Assembly (NCBI RefSeq): GCF_018350175.1
Contig: NC_058369.1
Location: forward strand, 930,001 to 994,000
Source of the DNA: Felis catus
Taxonomy: Eukaryota
DNA: 64,000 nt
Direction: 5' to 3'
The notes under the pieces are model-generated. The model did no database searches, was not told the DNA's origin, and saw only the letters and a program-made list of their open reading frames with translations. Position numbers and translations under genes: made by a program. Position 1 is the first letter of the stretch. Every line of letters begins with the position of its first letter. Below, piece by piece: positions 61,327-64,000 of this stretch.

Positions 61327-63236
61327 CTTTGGGGGGGGGGTGCCTGCTGCCATCAGGCCTGCCGCAGAGTTTGTGTCCCACGCGGGGCCTCCCTATGGGC
61401 CAGGCGCCCGTGGTGGGGACAGGGGCACAGGTGAGCCTCACAGTGTCTGGCGTCTCATCTCCCTTCTGCCAAATCTTCCAGGCTGTTCTCCCCCTCACGT
61501 CCCGCTAGGGAAACTGAGGCACAGACAGGGCAGAGGTGCCAGAGGAGGGCCAAAGTCCCTGGGGATGGTGGAGACGCCTCGGGCGGAGGCCGGGGGCTGG
61601 ACGGATCCCCCCAGGTTCCTTCCCGGTCAGATCCCCTGTCCCGCCAGGCCCCCCACACCCCCACTCGAGGGGCTGCAGCCTGTGAGGAGCAGGCTTTGTC
61701 TACGCCAGAGGGGAGACAGAGTTCTTGGCCAAGGGAACAGCAGGGGCCAAGGTCCGGGGCAGGAGGCAGAATGTGGAAGGAAGAAGGAGGCAGCGCTGAG
61801 GCTGGCCGGGTTTGGGCCTCTGGGGTCTGCTGGGCTGTGGTGAGGGCTTAGGTCTTTGTCTGGGGTGCACTGGGGAGCCGCAGTGAGGGGGGATGAGGAA
61901 GGAACCATGCTTTGACCAGGCCCTCTGGGTGCTGGAGGGGAAGGGACAGTGGGGGCAGGGGGGAGGCAGGGGCCAGGCAGAGCCTGAGCTAGGGCAGAGA
62001 TAGACAGGGAGAGATAGGCCAGGTCTGCCTTCCCGCCCAGACCCTGAGCTCCAGGGGGGGAGCCGGGCGGCCGGGAAGGGGTTCCGGCCAGTGGCCATGG
62101 CCCTGCTGGCCCCTCCGAAGCAGTAATTAAGGGCTCCCGGCGTCCCCGCGGCATGATGTATGTGCGCCTTAACTAATCATTTATTAGGTCACTGATGTTT
62201 CGTCAATATTAATTCATTTATTTAAACAACTCGGCTCCGTAATGAAGATGTTGCCCGAGAGGGGAGGCCGGTGGGTGGCGGGCCTTGGCTGCAGGGAGGG
62301 GGCTCAGACCCGGGTCTGGGGGTCTCCAGACCACCCCCACCCCAAGCTGGGCGCGGGGAGCCAGCTGAGGATGAAACGTCCCCGGAGGTCAGGGTTATGC
62401 CGACACCCTCCTGGGCCAAAAGGGAGACTAAGGCCGGACCAGAAGATGAGCGGCCTCGAGGCGCCTGGGCAGCCCGTGAGGATGGGCCGCGGACCCCCAC
62501 CCTGCTGCCCTGAAGGCGGATCCCAGCTCGGGGGCCACCACCTAAAATGCTTTTTCTTAACCCCTGCTGTGCCCAGTGCCCCCCGCCCCGCCTGCTGGGG
62601 GATGTGTCCAGGGGGACATCTCAGAACAAAAGTCATCACATCCTTCCTCTGCTCAAGAGCTGCCTGTGTCTCCCCAGGCGGAGAAACCGGAAGGCCTCTG
62701 CCTCTGCTGACCTCCCTGACCCCCACCCTGCGTCCCAGGGGCCCCCATCACGTCTCTATCACCACTTGTCTTGGCGAATTATTTGTTGAAAACCTCTTTG
62801 TCGTCTGCTTTCCCCACCGGCCTCGCCTTGGGGAGGGAAAGGACACCATCCCAGCGTGTGGGTGACACTCGGCAAACGCCCCCTCCCCCTCAGCAGGCAC
62901 TTGGGGGGCCCGGTAATTTCTCCGCAGCACTGCTAACGGTTCCTGGTGCACCCGGGGAAGGGGCCCTTCCAAGTCGGCTTCTGGAGACACCGGCCGGGAG
63001 GGCCCCCGTGGCCTGACGGCTGAGCGTGGCAGTGACCACTGTGCGGTGGGTCCCTCACAGTCCCCCACTTTGAGGACAACCCGCCTCACCGAGCGAGCCT
63101 GGTCTTGGGGTCGGCTTGCGGGGACCCCGCACCGAGACGCCATGACTGCAGCGTCTGAGGTCCCCGAACAGGAGATTCGCATCGTGAGGGGTTCCGCGTC
63201 CTTCCTCGGATTCTGCCGTGTCACAAATACACGTAG

Positions 63237-63344
63237 GGGCGTCTGGTGGCGAAGCGGGTGAAGCGTCCGACTCTTGATCTCAGCTCAGATCGTGATCTCT
63301 CGTGACGTCGAACCCTGTGGCGGGCAGTGTGGAGCCTGCTTAGG

Positions 63345-63382
<38 letters not shown>

Positions 63383-63447
63383 CCTCCCCTGCTCGCGATC
63401 TCTCTCGCTCTCTCTCTCTCTCCCAAAGTAAATAAACATAAAAAAAT
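63237..63447 (+). mobile_element. CAN-SINE with (CT)n tract
   Basis: SINEC head, (CT)n, A tail; TSD-like aaat(a/g)cacgta. Confidence 0.85.
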
Positions 63448-64000
63448 TATGAAATGCACGTAGAAAGCAGACACTTACTGGCAAACACAGAAGTGAGGGT
63501 GGGAAGCAGGACACAAAGAGGCCCAGATTCCGGGTCCCCGGGATTCCCGGATGTCAGAATCCCCAGGTAGGAGGATTTGGGAATTTCAGGATTTCGGGAG
63601 CTCAGGGTACTATGAACTTTGGAGTGTGTTTCTTTATTCTCCCCCGGAGGTAAACACGGACTCTGGAGGGGGGAGGACACTTCTCTCCTGAGGGATCTGG
63701 CTTTCCTTCGCGGAGGCTTCGGGACTCGATCGGCCGGCGGGCCCGAGGCTGTGGCTACGACGGGTGACTGTGGCTGCGGCCACCGTCGTGACAATGACGA
63801 CTGACACCTTCCTCTTGGTACCCGCAGCCACCAACACAATCATCGGACCATCATCGTCCCCTTTGCACAGAAGGGGACACTGAGGCATGGGCGGGCAGGT
63901 GGATGACAGAGGTTACACGGCTAGCCAATGTCGAGGCCCGGATTCAGACACCCAGTTGGGATTCATGATCTTCGTCTCTCCCCACGCAGGCCATTGCTAA

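Noticed and set aside
60445-61843. Long Pro/Gly-rich ORFs (up to 406 aa) in all frames
   Set aside because: They result from the stop-free minisatellite being open in every frame; there are no splice or promoter signals.
63525-63605. Repeated GGGATT(C/T)C(C/G)GG motifs
   Set aside because: Possibly an ancient DNA-transposon relic, but I cannot assign a family without a Dfam search.

Overview
Very GC-rich carnivore genomic DNA, most likely felid (young SINEC_Fc-type CAN-SINEs), syntenic with human 19p13.3. It holds three tandem minus-strand genes. MBD3 shows only exon 1, with its start codon in an N gap. UQCR11 is complete (3 exons, 56 aa). TCF3/E2A has a non-coding exon 1 and coding exons 2-19, and the E12 isoform reconstructs to 1899 nt / 632 aa. 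About 18 kb of intergenic DNA lies upstream of TCF3. Four N gaps occur at 1214-1399, 15219-15470, 40482-40619 and 58828-58966. Most long ORFs in the track are GC-rich artefacts. I see no wholly new multi-gene system. The strongest leads are: (i) a minisatellite ~15 kb upstream of TCF3 carrying 19 copies of the E-box CAGGTG that TCF3 itself binds; (ii) a 63-nt in-frame shortening of TCF3 exon 10 relative to human; (iii) the E47 exon apparently hidden in an assembly gap; (iv) a MER20 relic in intron 16, the intron where human TCF3 translocations break; (v) POU/MORE-palindrome enhancer candidates; (vi) a divergent CTCF pair; (vii) phase compatibility for a UQCR11-MBD3 fusion. All comparisons with human sequences are from memory, not from alignments I ran.
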